Both the position numbers and the translations under genes were made by a program. Source: Octopus vulgaris (lineage: Eukaryota). Taken from it: a stretch of 64,000 nt of DNA. The stretch is taken from the NCBI GenBank assembly GCA_951406725.2, contig OX597827.1:7378001-7442000 (forward strand), written 5' to 3'. Under the pieces are notes generated by a model, which was not told the origin of the DNA, ran no database searches, and was given only the letters and a program-made list of their open reading frames with translations. Numbering within the stretch: the stretch's first letter is position 1; each line of letters starts with the position of its first letter. Shown piece after piece: positions 14,647 to 27,879 of the stretch.

Positions 14647-15234
14647 TCACACACACATACATACACACACACACACACACATATATATAAACATATACAT
14701 GTGCATCTATCCACACATCCACACACTCACGCACACACATTGGCACACACATACATTTGTATGTATATGTATATACATATATACATGTATATGTATGTAT
14801 ATATATATATATATATATATACATACATATGTATATATGCATGTGTGACTGTGTGTGCGTACATGCATGCATACACACAGAAAGGCATATACTTTTCACT
14901 CACTCATACGCATGCACACACACACGCACATACACACGCACACACTCACACACACACACACACAAGAACACACACACACAAGCACACACACACACATTTA
15001 CTCTATATATTTCTAATTTTCCATTCTTGGAGATAAAATCTTTGGAAACAAATAGAAATTCAAAATATGTTAGCTGAACATGAAAATTCAATTATTATTT
15101 TTTTTATTATTTTTATTTTCAAGATAGACTCAGTCAATTAGTTCAATCAGCTATAGACTGATTGGATTACCTTGGTTTAAAAAAAAACCTATACATACTT
15201 AGATACACACATATATATATATATGTATATATAT

Positions 15235-15281
<47 letters not shown>

Positions 15282-15507
15282 TAGATAGATAGATAGATAT
15301 AGATATATATATAGTCTTCATCTAGTTGCTCTGTTATAACTGAGTTTAAACTAACGGTATTGATTATTCTGAGCCCCGCCAACCTCTTTCACTGCCACAA
15401 TCAGCCACAACCGAATTGAAAACAATTCAATGCTTAAAGTCATGTATACAACAAACTAATCTGACATTCTCTCAGACCCCCTACGTGTGTGCATACATGT
15501 GCGTGTG

Positions 15508-15541
<34 letters not shown>

Positions 15542-15559
15542 CATATATATATATGTATA

Positions 15560-15591
<32 letters not shown>

Positions 15592-15683
15592 CATACGCAC
15601 ATACATACAAACACACACATATATATGTATATATATATATGCATACATATATCATATATATATGTGTGTGTGTATATATATAC

Positions 15684-15739
<56 letters not shown>

Positions 15740-15851
15740 GTATAGGTATATTTTTGCATCTATCTACATGTGTGTGCATGTGTACATGTACATGCGTGTA
15801 TATATACATGTTTTCATATATATGCATGTGTGTGTGTGTAAATATATACAT

Positions 15852-15882
<31 letters not shown>

Positions 15883-16006
15883 CATAATGTATCATCTAAA
15901 CATTGATGTATGTATGACATTTACATACGTATATGCAAACATGCATACACATACCAACACATATTCATACATACATTCATTCATACATACATACATACAT
16001 ACACAC

Positions 16007-16037
<31 letters not shown>

Positions 16038-16164
16038 CATACATACACACATACATACATACATACATACATACATACATACATGCATGCATACATACAT
16101 ACATACATACATACATACATACATACATACATACATACATACGTGCATGCATGCATGCATACAT

Positions 16165-16260
<96 letters not shown>
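13705..16260. repeat. (TATG)n, (TA)n and (CA)n microsatellite cluster in the putative first intron
   Basis: Directly visible; interspersed with short unique segments. Confidence 0.95.
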
Positions 16261-17950
16261 GCACACATGTTTACTGTGTATCAGAATTCCTGATCAGAAT
16301 CTAAAATGTATTAACTTCAGTGGAAAATAATTACATTTTTCATTGATTTTCTTCCCCCCCCCCCACGTCTTCTTCCTTTCCCTTTTTCTTTTTTTTTTTT
16401 CTCTAACTTCAGTAGTTTTGGGCAGTTGGTGGAACATTAGCATTTCCAAGAGAAAAAAAAAAAAGAAAAAGAAATGGAAAATGTAAGCAAAAAAGTTATT
16501 ATGTTAGATTCCACAGAATTTAGTTTGGTAAATATTTCTATATTCAATGCTAGATATACCGACAAATTAGAAATCTCAAGAATTGAATACAGTGAGAATC
16601 TGAAGTTATGAAGCTGTTATTTTTTTTCTCCAGATACAGTATATTTCTTGGATTTCATTTTTTCTCAAGTATACACCATACAGAAAGTCTTTGCCCATAG
16701 CAGAAAATCTCATTTAGTTTGCTTATTTGAACTCAAATTACATGCACAATAACTTTTTGCATCTGTACCTATTACACATAGATATGCATATACATATATA
16801 TATATGTGTGTGTGTGTTTGGATTTGTATGTATCAGTATGGGAGTTTATGTTTATATCTATATATGTGTGTGTGTGTGTTTGTATGTGTATACATAATAG
16901 ACAGACAGATAGACATTCAGTTATGCACACACACATGTAAGCATACACAAATACATTGAAATGTAATTTCATGTATATGCATCATACATATCTATCCTGT
17001 TATTTGCAAATAGTTTTATCATTACATTTACATCTAAACTATCAATATTTCCAAATATTCAACTGGAAAATTAATTTTCCTTGAAAAACTTTGTATGAAA
17101 ATTGTAATTATACAGAAGACTATCAGAAAACTATTGAAAAAGAATTTTTTTTTTTCAGGTGTTAATTCAAAATTACTAATTGCTTATATTATCTTTTATT
17201 TTATTTCTGTTCTTGTTCTTTGTTTTCATTCCAAAATAAGAAATAGTATCAGTCATTAAAATTTGGTAAAGAAAATAATAAATAAATAAAATAAATATGA
17301 AAAAGGAAAACGACAAGAATCATAAAGAAATATCGTTTTGATGAAGTGCAACACATGTTATTTCTTGATGCCCAAACTATGTGATATCACTGGTGTGATA
17401 TCAATTGTGTGATTGCTGCTCTCATAAACATATTGAATGTAAAACTTTTAGGAATTGTGTAAACATTGGATTTTTAATTCTAGAGTGAGAAGGAAAATAT
17501 ATATATATAATTGATAAATATTTATTGAATAATGGATACATTATTTATCATGTATCTTAGTGTATATATATGTTTAGGTATTAACTGAAAGTTCAAAAGT
17601 GGAAAGTTAAAAAATATTTTAAAGAAAACCAGAAACATTGAAATGTTTCAACTGTTACTGTAAATAGTGTTACTGTAAAAATTTTGGTCCAATTTTCTCT
17701 TTTGATCAAAGCCACATACACACACGTGTTTGTGTGTGTGTGAGTGTGTGTGAATGTGTGTGCGTGTGTGTGAGGGCATGCGTGTGTGTGTGTCTGTGCA
17801 TATATGTGCATGTGTGTGCACACATCTGTATATACGTGTGCATGCACGTGTGTATGTGTGTATGTATGCATGTATATATGTGCATGTTTGTGTGCGTATA
17901 TATATTTATGTATATATGTATATATGTATATATATATATATATATATATC

Positions 17951-18005
<55 letters not shown>

Positions 18006-18032
18006 TTATATCTATATGTATATATATGTATA

Positions 18033-18100
<68 letters not shown>

Positions 18101-18379
18101 CATTTACATATATATATGTGTGTGTGTGTGTGTAATATATATATATATGTATTCACACAGGTACAAAACACCCATAAACACATATACACACATGTATGTA
18201 TGTATATTTATATATATATATATACATGTATATACATATCTATACAAAAATTCATATATGTGTATGCGTATGTTTGTACACATACACAATACAGACATAT
18301 ATATACACATTTATATTAGTTTAAAAGTATGCAGTGGTCAGTAAAAGTAGCAACGTAAGAAGTAAACCTCAGCACTTAC

Positions 18380-18720
18380 CAAAAATTCGAAGAGTTTCCT
18401 GACTTCGCTCTGTGTGCGTGTGTATCCTGCAGTAGAGTTGTTTACTGACTGCTGCTCATGAATGGTAACAGTACTATGTAGCTTGACTGTATTGATGTTT
18501 GTGCAAGGGGATGAGGAAGATATGGAAAAGAGTAAGAGACAGAAGGAGCATGCGAGAGAGAGACTGACGCGTGAGAGAGAGTGGATGTCTAGTCTATGAA
18601 AGTTGAACAGAGATGAATGAAACAGAAAAGTAAAGAGGGGTTTTTGCAACTCCCAGCAAGTAATGTGTGCTGTTCAGCCAATGACAGACTGGTAGAGGTT
18701 TGAAAGAGAGAAGGAGGAGG
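18380..18720 (-). promoter_or_regulatory. Putative non-coding first exon and promoter of the protocadherin
   Basis: Consensus donor TTG|GTAAGT at 18380/18379 on the minus strand. It ends a unique, non-repetitive stretch that is CT-rich on the minus strand and contains AGCCAATGA (~18677) and TGACGCGT (~18565). Inference only. Confidence 0.4.
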
Positions 18721-18934
18721 AGGATGAGAAAAGTGATAGTTAAAATAAAGAGAGACAGAGTGAAAGAATCAAATCCTTCTCCTAATATTGCATCAATGAA
18801 CATTTAAAGAGAGGGGATGAGTCACAATAAAAGTCTTATCTACATTTCTCACTTTATGTATGATGACAGAACAATCACTTTTATAACTTACACTATCAAA
18901 AAAAATCTCTTTCTTGGATTATCCATTGTATATG

Positions 18935-18976
<42 letters not shown>

Positions 18977-19548
18977 TATATACATGTGTATATATATGTA
19001 TGTGTGTGTGAGTGTGTGTATCTATTTATCTATTTATCTATCTATACACACACACACACACACACACACGCATATATGTATTTATACATGTACATACATG
19101 TATATATACTCACACACAAACATATATACATCTATATATACTCACATAAATATCTGTTTGAGTATACACACACACACATCAATTAAACAACTGACTTTGT
19201 CATTTAGTTTTTGTTATAATTTTCAACTTTTTTTTTTTACAATTTATACTGAATGCTTTCTTTCCCAGCAAAGAATTATTATTATTGCCACTACTATTAC
19301 TACTATTACTACTGTTACTACTAATAATGACAATCATAATCATATTATGCAAACCACGAATAATATAGATATCAATGATAAGGAATTCTTTTATTTGCCA
19401 CAGGAGCAATAGATGGAGTGAATATCAGAAAGATAAATTTTTAAAAAAATGAAATATATGTGTGGGATGTGTTACAATGGATATAAAAGGTAAATGACAA
19501 CTGGAAATGAACATAAGAATAAATTGATAACATGATATGGAGAAGTTA

Positions 19549-19581
<33 letters not shown>

Positions 19582-19821
19582 TTGATGATAATGATCCTTT
19601 TTACAATAGGCACAGGACCTGAAATTTTTTGGGGGAGGGAGCTAGTTGATTTCTTTGACCCCCCACCAGTGCTCAAATGGTACTTGTTTCATTGAGATCA
19701 ATAGGATGGGAAAGGTGGAGATGATTTCAGTTTTTCATTTTATTTAAAGTCGGAATGTTAGAGTCAGAAGAAATATTGCTAAGCGTTTTGTTCAGCATGC
19801 TAACGATTCTGCTAAATTGCC

Positions 19822-19914
<93 letters not shown>

Positions 19915-19939
19915 GTGATAGTGATAGTGATGGTGACGG

Positions 19940-19987
<48 letters not shown>

Positions 19988-20055
19988 CGACGACGACGAC
20001 GACGACGATGACGATGATGATTATGATGATGATTATGATGATGATGATGATGATG

Positions 20056-20140
<85 letters not shown>

Positions 20141-20203
20141 TGATGATGATAATAATGATGATGATAATAATGATAATGATGATAATGGTAACAATAACAA
20201 TAA

Positions 20204-20445
20204 TGTGATCCAGAAGGCAGCATTGTTGGGTACAGAAAAACATGTTAAGAATATTGGAGCTGCTGTCAGGCTCGAGGTGATCCAGAGGAGAGCATCGTTG
20301 GGTACAGCTCACATTCTAAAGAGAGTATTGTCTCTTTGAGTCACAGGAGAAGGCAATACTTGAAACCTTTGGTAATTTGTTATTAACTGCTTTCAAGCAA
20401 AGAATAACCGGTAATTAAGAACTATCCAAGAGTCTTTCAGAATAA
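20204..20445 (+). mobile_element. 5'-truncated R4/Dong-like 3' end within (AAT)n
   Basis: VIQKAALLGT...VIQRRASLGTAHILKRVL* resembles the LQKAALLGTARILRRVL C-terminus; flanked by AAT/AAC repeats. Confidence 0.65.
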
Positions 20446-21100
20446 CACCAACAACAACAGCAACAATAATAATAATCCTTTCTAATAAAGGCACAAGGCC
20501 TGAAATTTTGGGGGAGGGGACTATTCGATGTAATCGAACCCAGTGTTTCACTGGTACTTAATTTATCGACCTTGAAAACATGGAAGGCAAAGTCACCCTT
20601 GGCAGAATTTGAACTCAGAACATGAAGACAGATGAAATACTGCTAAGCATTTTGCCCAGCGGGCTAATGTTTCTGCCAGCTTGCCACCACAATAATAATA
20701 ATAATAATAACTGATGGTTCCTGATTTAAGCACCAGGCCAGAAATTTTGAGGGGAGGGGTGTAGTTGACATCAATCCCAGTGCTTGACTGGTGCTTCTTT
20801 TATCAACCTCCAAAAGGATGCAAAGCAAAAATGACCCAGTGAGATTTAAATTCCGACCCATAATATAACAAGCTATATCAAATAATGACAGGTATTTCCT
20901 CCAGCACCCTTATATATCTATGAATCCACAACTCATAATGGTTTTTAAAAAGGGGCAATTGTGCCTGGAATTTTGTTGAAGAGGAGTTAGCCAAATAAAT
21001 TAACCCCAGTGCTCGACTGATACCTTTTTTTTTTACAATTCTATATTGCTGAGATGAGAACTTTATGTAATGTAATACTGTTTATATTACTCAGACTGAT

Positions 21101-21516
21101 ACTCTTTACTCTCTCTTTTACTCTTTTACTTGTTTCAGTCATTTGACTGCGGCCATGCTGGAGCACCGCCCCTAGTCGAGCAAATCGACCCCGGGACTTA
21201 TTCTTTGTAAGCCCAGTACTTATTCTATCGGTCTCTTTTGCCGAACCGCTAAGTGACAGGGACGTAAACACACCAGCATCGGTTGTCAAGCAATGCTAGA
21301 GGGACAAACACAGACACGCAAACATACACACACATACACATATGTATATATACATACGACAGGCTTCTTTCAGTTTCTGTCTACCAAATCCACTCACAAG
21401 GCATTGGTTGGCCCGAGGCTATAGCAGAAGACACTTGCCCAATATGCCACGCAGTGGGACTGAACCCGGAACCATGTGGTTGGTTAGCAAGCTACTTACC
21501 ACACAGCCACTCCTGC
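21101..21516 (-). mobile_element. Family-1 tRNA SINE, young, full length
   Basis: Head GCAGGAGTGGCTGTGTGGTAAG...GGGTTCAGTCCC, central (TA/TG)n, (GAGTAAAA)n tail; near-identical copies elsewhere in the window. Confidence 0.93.
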
Positions 21517-21602
21517 ATCTTGATTGTTGCTTTCACTATGTTTTGGCTGTTGTATGCTCCAGCTTTCTTCAGATGTCTTGTGTTGAACTTGGTTGCAGCA
21601 TC

Positions 21603-22045
21603 AGAACGTGGCTGTGTGGTAAGAAGTTTGCTTCCCAAATAAAGGGTTCTGGATTCAGTCTCATTGCTTGGCACCTTGGGCAAATGTTTTCTACTATAGC
21701 CTCAAGCAGACCAAAGTCTCGTGTGTGGATTTGGTAGACGGAAATTGAAAGGAGCTCATCATATATGTGTGTGTGTGAAAGTATGTATGTGTGTGAGTAT
21801 GTGTGTGTGTGAGTGTGTCTTTGCGTCTGTGTTTGTCCCCCACTACCACTTGACAACCGGTGATGGTGTGTTTATGTCTCCATAATTTAGTGTTTCAGCA
21901 AAAGACACTGATCGAATAAGTACCAGGCTTAAAGAGAAAATAAGTACTGGGGTTGATTAGTTTGACTAAAATTCCTCTAGGTGGTGCCCCAGCATGGTCG
22001 CAGTCTAATGACTGAAATTAGTAAAAGTATAAAAGAATAAAAGAA
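21603..22045 (+). mobile_element. Family-1 SINE, older copy
   Basis: GTGGCTGTGTGGTAAGAAGTTTGCTTCCC head, homologous body and tail. Confidence 0.85.
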
Positions 22046-22617
22046 AAACCTTTTATCTGATCTACAGGGGTGCACTGTTCTCATTCCACTTACTGTTTCC
22101 TGACACTAATTGCTTCAGTAGAATTATATGAATTACCTAAGTGCCTTGCGTGAAGCGTACAACAGCCAAAACATAGTGAAAGTTAAAGCCAAGATGAAGG
22201 CATCTGTCCAACTAATATTACCAGAATACATAATACTTTATTTTATTTTACCAGGAGATATGAAAGGCAAAGTTGTAACCAGGGGGATTTGAACTCAAAA
22301 TATAAAGAGTTGGAACAAATAGCATAAAGTAATTTTTTTCAACACCTTAACGATTCTGCCAATCCACCAGTTGTGGCCTGGGAACGAAATTTGCTTCAGG
22401 GGTGCAAACTCAGGTCCAAATTTTTTACAAACAAAACTGACTTTTTTTCATCTAAATATCAAAACAAAGACTGGTATAATAATATTTATTATTGTTATAT
22501 ATGGAAAAGTAATGCTTCAAATCACTTCAAAATTTTTTCTATGCTTGCTCGTTTTGGTGATGAAGTTTTCCTAGAGGATGTCCAACGTCTTTTCATTGCA
22601 CAAGTTTTTATGTACTT

Positions 22618-22755
22618 TGGCATTAGGAAGGGCATCCAGCTGTAGAAACTCTGCCAGATCAGATTGGTGTCTGGTTCGCCAGACCTCAGTCAAATCGTCC
22701 AACCCATGCTAGCATGTAAAGTGGACATTGAACGATGATGATGATGATGATGATG
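22618..22755 (+). mobile_element. Retroposon 3' end with (GAT)n tail (shorter copies at 24243-24290, 43495-43540 minus, 28510-28650 minus)
   Basis: GGCATTAGGAAGGGCATCCAGCTGTAGAAAC...CCAACCCATGCTAGCATG...AACGATGATG recurs in the window. Confidence 0.7.
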
Positions 22756-22789
22756 CATTACAGCACAGTGTATCAGACGATGTTGATCA

Positions 22790-23800
22790 TTGTGGTACAG
22801 AGTCAGGTCTTCAAACAGCAAAACGTGATGGATATTCTCTTGCTTGATGCAACAGACTCTGGCTTGCAACATGATGACATTTTCATCACAAAGGTTGGTC
22901 CAGCATTCAGAAGAATGGTGCTCTGGTGAATAAAGTTCAATGCATCAGTGACTATGGTAACCATAGATTCAACTTCTTGGAGGACAAAGTCCAAAAAGTG
23001 GTTTCCTAAGCAAACGAAATATGTACCAGGAAACATGTCTTTTAATCTCTTTTGTATTTCTGAAATGTTTCCGCTCATGGTACATGCACCATCAAAGGCA
23101 AAAGCAGCAAAATTTTGCGCTCAGAGAAATGTTTAGGCGACCAAAAACATCCAGAATAACCTTAGTCAGTGTCTCTGAAATGTAGTCAGGAGGATTATAA
23201 AAGCCAAGAAAGTCTTTGTGGAATTCCTGGTTTTCAGAAACATGACAACAATAATTGATTCTTGTTCTATGCCAGAGAAATCACATATAATACCAATAAA
23301 CATGGCATATTCAACTGTTTCTCTGATCTCATGTTGGGTGTTACAAGAATATGCCTTAAGGATTTCATTTTGTATGGTATCAGAGAGGAAATTCACCCTT
23401 TCTTTAAGATGCTCATTTACTTCTGCTCCTCATTCTTCAGCAAGTTCTTTTATAAGATTTACAAAGTTTTCTGTCATATGGTATTAGCTTTCTCTTCAAA
23501 GATGAAACTAGTAACTTCTTTTAGCTTTTACTAAGAATATTCCTTGATTTCTCAATGATAGATCTGCGAACAGCCATTATCTTTCACTAAGGATTTCCTT
23601 AATTCTCTGATCGTGAAAGTGCTAACCTCTGTTATCTTTCACTAAGGATGTTCCTTAATTCATTGATGAACAGGTAACTTCTTATATCCTTTATTAAAGA
23701 TATTCCTTAATTCTTTATCTCTTAAGATGGAATAATTGGCTTACATGGAAAGCTTTGCTCAATGACATATGACCCTCATGCTTAGCTAATCTTGAAACAA
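22790..23800 (-). pseudogene. hAT (Tip100/ZMYM1-like) transposase relic
   Basis: FLSDTIQNEIL...FIGIICD-FSGIEQESIIV and FDGACTMSGNISEIQKRLKDMFPGTYFVCLGNHFLDFVLQ (cf. SPxIQNE and YDGASNMSG...HCxAHxLNL); frameshifted. Confidence 0.8.
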
Positions 23801-24183
23801 CTGCAAGAAATTTACGAATCATTTCTTAATCCTATATTTACTATAACTAGTCTGTAATTATGTTTAAATTATAAATTACATGCTCTAAAGTGATACCACA
23901 TGATTTATTTGTTCATCTCTCTTTCTAATATATATCTACCAGCTCAAGGATGAACCACTTATAGCCATCTTTAGTAGGCGATCTCAACAACACCATTGTT
24001 TCAGATGCTGTTCAAGCTGCAGTTTTAGTGGTAAACCAGCTTAAGCACTTATAGTACATACCTACTACATCATGTCATTAGACAAAGTCTTTTAAATCTA
24101 TACATATATATATAGTTATGCTATATTATGGTATGTTGACACAAATTTTCTCAATTATATATATATATATATATATAATTGAG

Positions 24184-24226
<43 letters not shown>

Positions 24227-24287
24227 GTGTGTATGTATTTATATGCTAGCATGGAAAACGGACGTTAAACGATGATGATGATGATGA

Positions 24288-24326
<39 letters not shown>

Positions 24327-24384
24327 TGGTATATCATGGTATGTTGACACAAATTTTTTCAATTATATATATATGTGCATATGT

Positions 24385-24505
<121 letters not shown>

Positions 24506-24709
24506 AGTATTCATATTTGTGATTGAGGGTGGTCAGAGTTCTGAGTAGCACATAGCATGACATGTACTTCCACATCCAAACTTTGAACTCAGAGAGTAAA
24601 ATGCTACAAACCATTTATTTGTATGTATATATGTACGTATGTATGTATGTATGTATGTATGTATGTATGTATGTATGTATGTATATATGTATGTATGTAT
24701 GTATGTAGA

Positions 24710-24930
24710 AGTCCTAAAGCCATAGAGTCATAAGGCCAGTTTCCTGGATTGAGTGGCATATATGTAAATTGGGAAGCCAGTCTGTTACAGGATTGCTCAT
24801 TACTGCTAGCAGATTGGACTGGAATAATGTGAAATGAAGTGTTTTGCTCAAGAACACTATGCCTCAAAAAAGTGAACCCCCGATCTTACTATCATAAGTG
24901 CAACACCCTCACCACTGAACTATGCACCCT
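24710..24930 (-). mobile_element. Diverged CORE-type tRNA SINE (tail Y)
   Basis: TTCTTGAGCAAAACACTTCATTTCAC core followed by CCTGTAACAGACTGG...GGAAACTGGCCTTATGA, as in 42816-42930. Confidence 0.7.
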
Positions 24931-25062
24931 GCCATATGCTTATATATACATTATATACATACATATACACATATACATACATAGATACTTATATATATAT
25001 ATATGTATGTATGTATGTATATAATGTATATATATACAAGATGTATATATATATAATGTATA

Positions 25063-25146
<84 letters not shown>

Positions 25147-25147
25147 T

Positions 25148-25360
25148 AACTGGAAAGTTTACGAAAATAAGCAAAAGATGAAGGCAGGTGGAGTACAAAC
25201 AAACAAATGTATTAGTATAGCGCTCAGGAATAGAAATAGAAAAAGTCTTTTACGTTTCGAGCCTACGCTCTTCGACAGAAAGATACACAGAAAAAAACAA
25301 AGTGAGAAACAAGGAGAGAAAAAAATGTGTGTAGGAGCTAACGATCTATCATGGTGTCCT
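25148..25360 (-). mobile_element. Penelope-like element terminal fragment containing a minimal hammerhead motif
   Basis: Minus strand TCTTT CTGTCGA A GAGC GTAG GCTC GAAA CG TA AAAGA; the fragment is embedded in (TA)n. Confidence 0.65.
25246..25283 (-). ncRNA. Minimal type-I hammerhead-ribozyme-like motif (variant core)
   Basis: Stem I UCUUU/AAAGA, core CUGUCGA (canonical CUGANGA), stem II GAGC/GCUC, GAAA, palindromic ACGU, predicted GUA cleavage site. Confidence 0.55.
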
Positions 25361-25361
25361 G

Positions 25362-25393
<32 letters not shown>

Positions 25394-25639
25394 TGTATGT
25401 ACATATGTACATACAGATGCACACACATATACACAAACACACACAAATATTCATCCACATATGTGTGCTTATGTGTTTGCATATATGCATATGTATGTGG
25501 TGCGTGTGTGTGCGCGTGTGCGTGTTATTTTGACTCCGGACTTTAAATTTCAGCTGACAGCTAATTCAGTCACTATACTCTTAGTATGAGTAAATATTCT
25601 GCTTTCAGTCTTAAAATTGTTTTAAAAAAATAATCTTAT

Positions 25640-25804
25640 GGCGCAGGAGTGGCTGTGTGGTAAGTAGCTTGCTTACCAGCCACATGGTTCCGGGTTCAGT
25701 CACACTGCGTGGCACCTTGGGCAAGTGTCTTCTACTATAGCCTCGGGCCGACCAAAGCCTTGTGAGTGGATTTGGTAGACGGAAACTGAAAGAAGCCCGT
25801 TGTA

Positions 25805-25841
<37 letters not shown>

Positions 25842-26022
25842 ATGTTTGTGTGTTGTGTTTGTCCCCAACAGCATCGAGCGGTTCGGCAAAAGAGACCGAT
25901 AGAATAAGTACTGGGCTTACAAAGAATAAGTCCTGGGGTCGATTTCTTCGACTAATGGCGGTGCTCCAGCATGGCCACAGTCAAATGACTAAAACAAGTA
26001 AATGAGTAAATGAGTAAATGAG
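25640..26022 (+). mobile_element. Family-1 SINE with internal deletion
   Basis: GGCGCAGGAGTGGCTGTGTGG start; (GAGTAAAT)n tail. Confidence 0.92.
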
Positions 26023-26193
26023 TGACCATACGTAATAGTGGGTCAGTTCCACAAGTCCCACTTGTATTTCTTCACCACACATATGCTTCTAGTATTTGTC
26101 TGTGGGTAAGAGTGCTGTACACCAGCTCTACCAATCTCATCTCATTTTCTGTTTTAAACACCAAGACTATTGCTTCCATAGTCCCTAATTTTT

Positions 26194-26609
26194 ATTTCTT
26201 TATTGCCCACAAGGGGTTAAACCTAGAGAGAACAAACAAGGACAGACAAAGGGATTAAGTCAATTACATCGACGCCAGTGCGTAACTGGCACTTAATTTA
26301 TCGACCCCAAAAGGATGAAAGGCAAAGTCGACTTCGGCAGAATTTGAACTCAGAACGTAGCGGCAGACGAAATACCTATTTCTTTACTACCCACAAGGGG
26401 CTAAACACAGAGAGGACAAACAAGGACAGACAAACAGAATAAGTCGATTATATCGACCCCAGTGCGTAACTGGTACTTATTTAATCGACCGCGAAAGGAT
26501 GAAAGGCAAAGTCGACTTTGGCAGAATTTGAACTCAGAACATAGCGGCAGATGAAATACCACTGAGCATTTCGCCCAGTGTGCTAACGTTTCTGCCGGCT
26601 CGCCGCCTT
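26194..26609 (-). mobile_element. Family-2 SINE tandem dimer (one 5'-truncated, one full)
   Basis: Two consecutive copies starting at ~26194 and ~26377. Confidence 0.88.
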
Positions 26610-27012
26610 TCTTAATTCCATATTCCCTAATTCTTTTACACATCAACCAGAACTGCTTCCTTTTTCATTCTGAAGCCCTATGACAGTCTTTCTTCCTCTC
26701 TTTTTTCTGGTTCTCTTTCTCTGAAGATAGAGATAAATCATCTTTCTCCTTAGCCCATCCTTGATGAATTCTTAAAGTAAACAAGCACTTTTTTGTGCCA
26801 TGCCACTTGCGTGATTCTTCCTTTATCTAGAGTTGACCTTCATTTATCCACATTACTCATATTCACACACATTTTATTTTTCTTGCTAGTATAGATTACA
26901 CGAATGTTTTACACCTGGATGCCCTTTCTGTTACTAATCCTTACCTGTTTTTCAAGTAAGGAATATCTTATTCCACATGACAGCAACATGTTCATGACTG
27001 TAAGTAAACAAG

Positions 27013-27050
<38 letters not shown>

Positions 27051-27847
27051 AACACACATAAACACAAACACACACACAAACACAAACCCAATCACACACA
27101 CACACAAACACAAACACACTCACAAACCCAAACCCAATCACACTCACACACAGGCACATACACGTACATACACACACACACACACACAAACACAAACACA
27201 ATCACACACACACAATCACACACACACACACGCTCACACACGTACATACACACACACACGCACACACACATACACAACAAGCACTTTCAGTTTCTGTTTA
27301 ACAAGTCTAATCCCTTTTGTTCGGCTCAGAGCTGTAGTAGAAGACCAAGCCGGAGCATAGTGGGACCGAACCCCAAAACCATATGTTTAGAAAGCAAACT
27401 TCTCAGTCCCAGACCCATGTTTGTACATTTACTTCTTTTAGCTTTCAATTGATGAGTTAATTGCTTTGCTCTCATTTGCATTGTTTGTACCAACATCATT
27501 GAATTAGCATTTTGCATGTCAAATTGTGATTGACACTGTTTCTAAGTAGGTCCATTTGCTTCCTCGTCAATTTTTTTCCTGTTTATACATTTTATTTTCT
27601 TTTAAATCCATTTTCTTATCTGTTGAAAATTATGGTGGTGGTGTTTGGTGGGGCATATTCACTGTTACCACCTTTATGGTTAGATGGTTAGTACTGCTTT
27701 CCACTACCCCTAGAGTTGGCCATATTGACCCAGTATTAAATAAGCCAAAATGTAATTTTGCAAAGCTACCCTCCTCCTCCTCCTCCTCCTCCTCCTCATC
27801 ATCATCATCATCATCATCACCACCACCACCACCACCACCACCACCAT

Positions 27848-27879
<32 letters not shown>

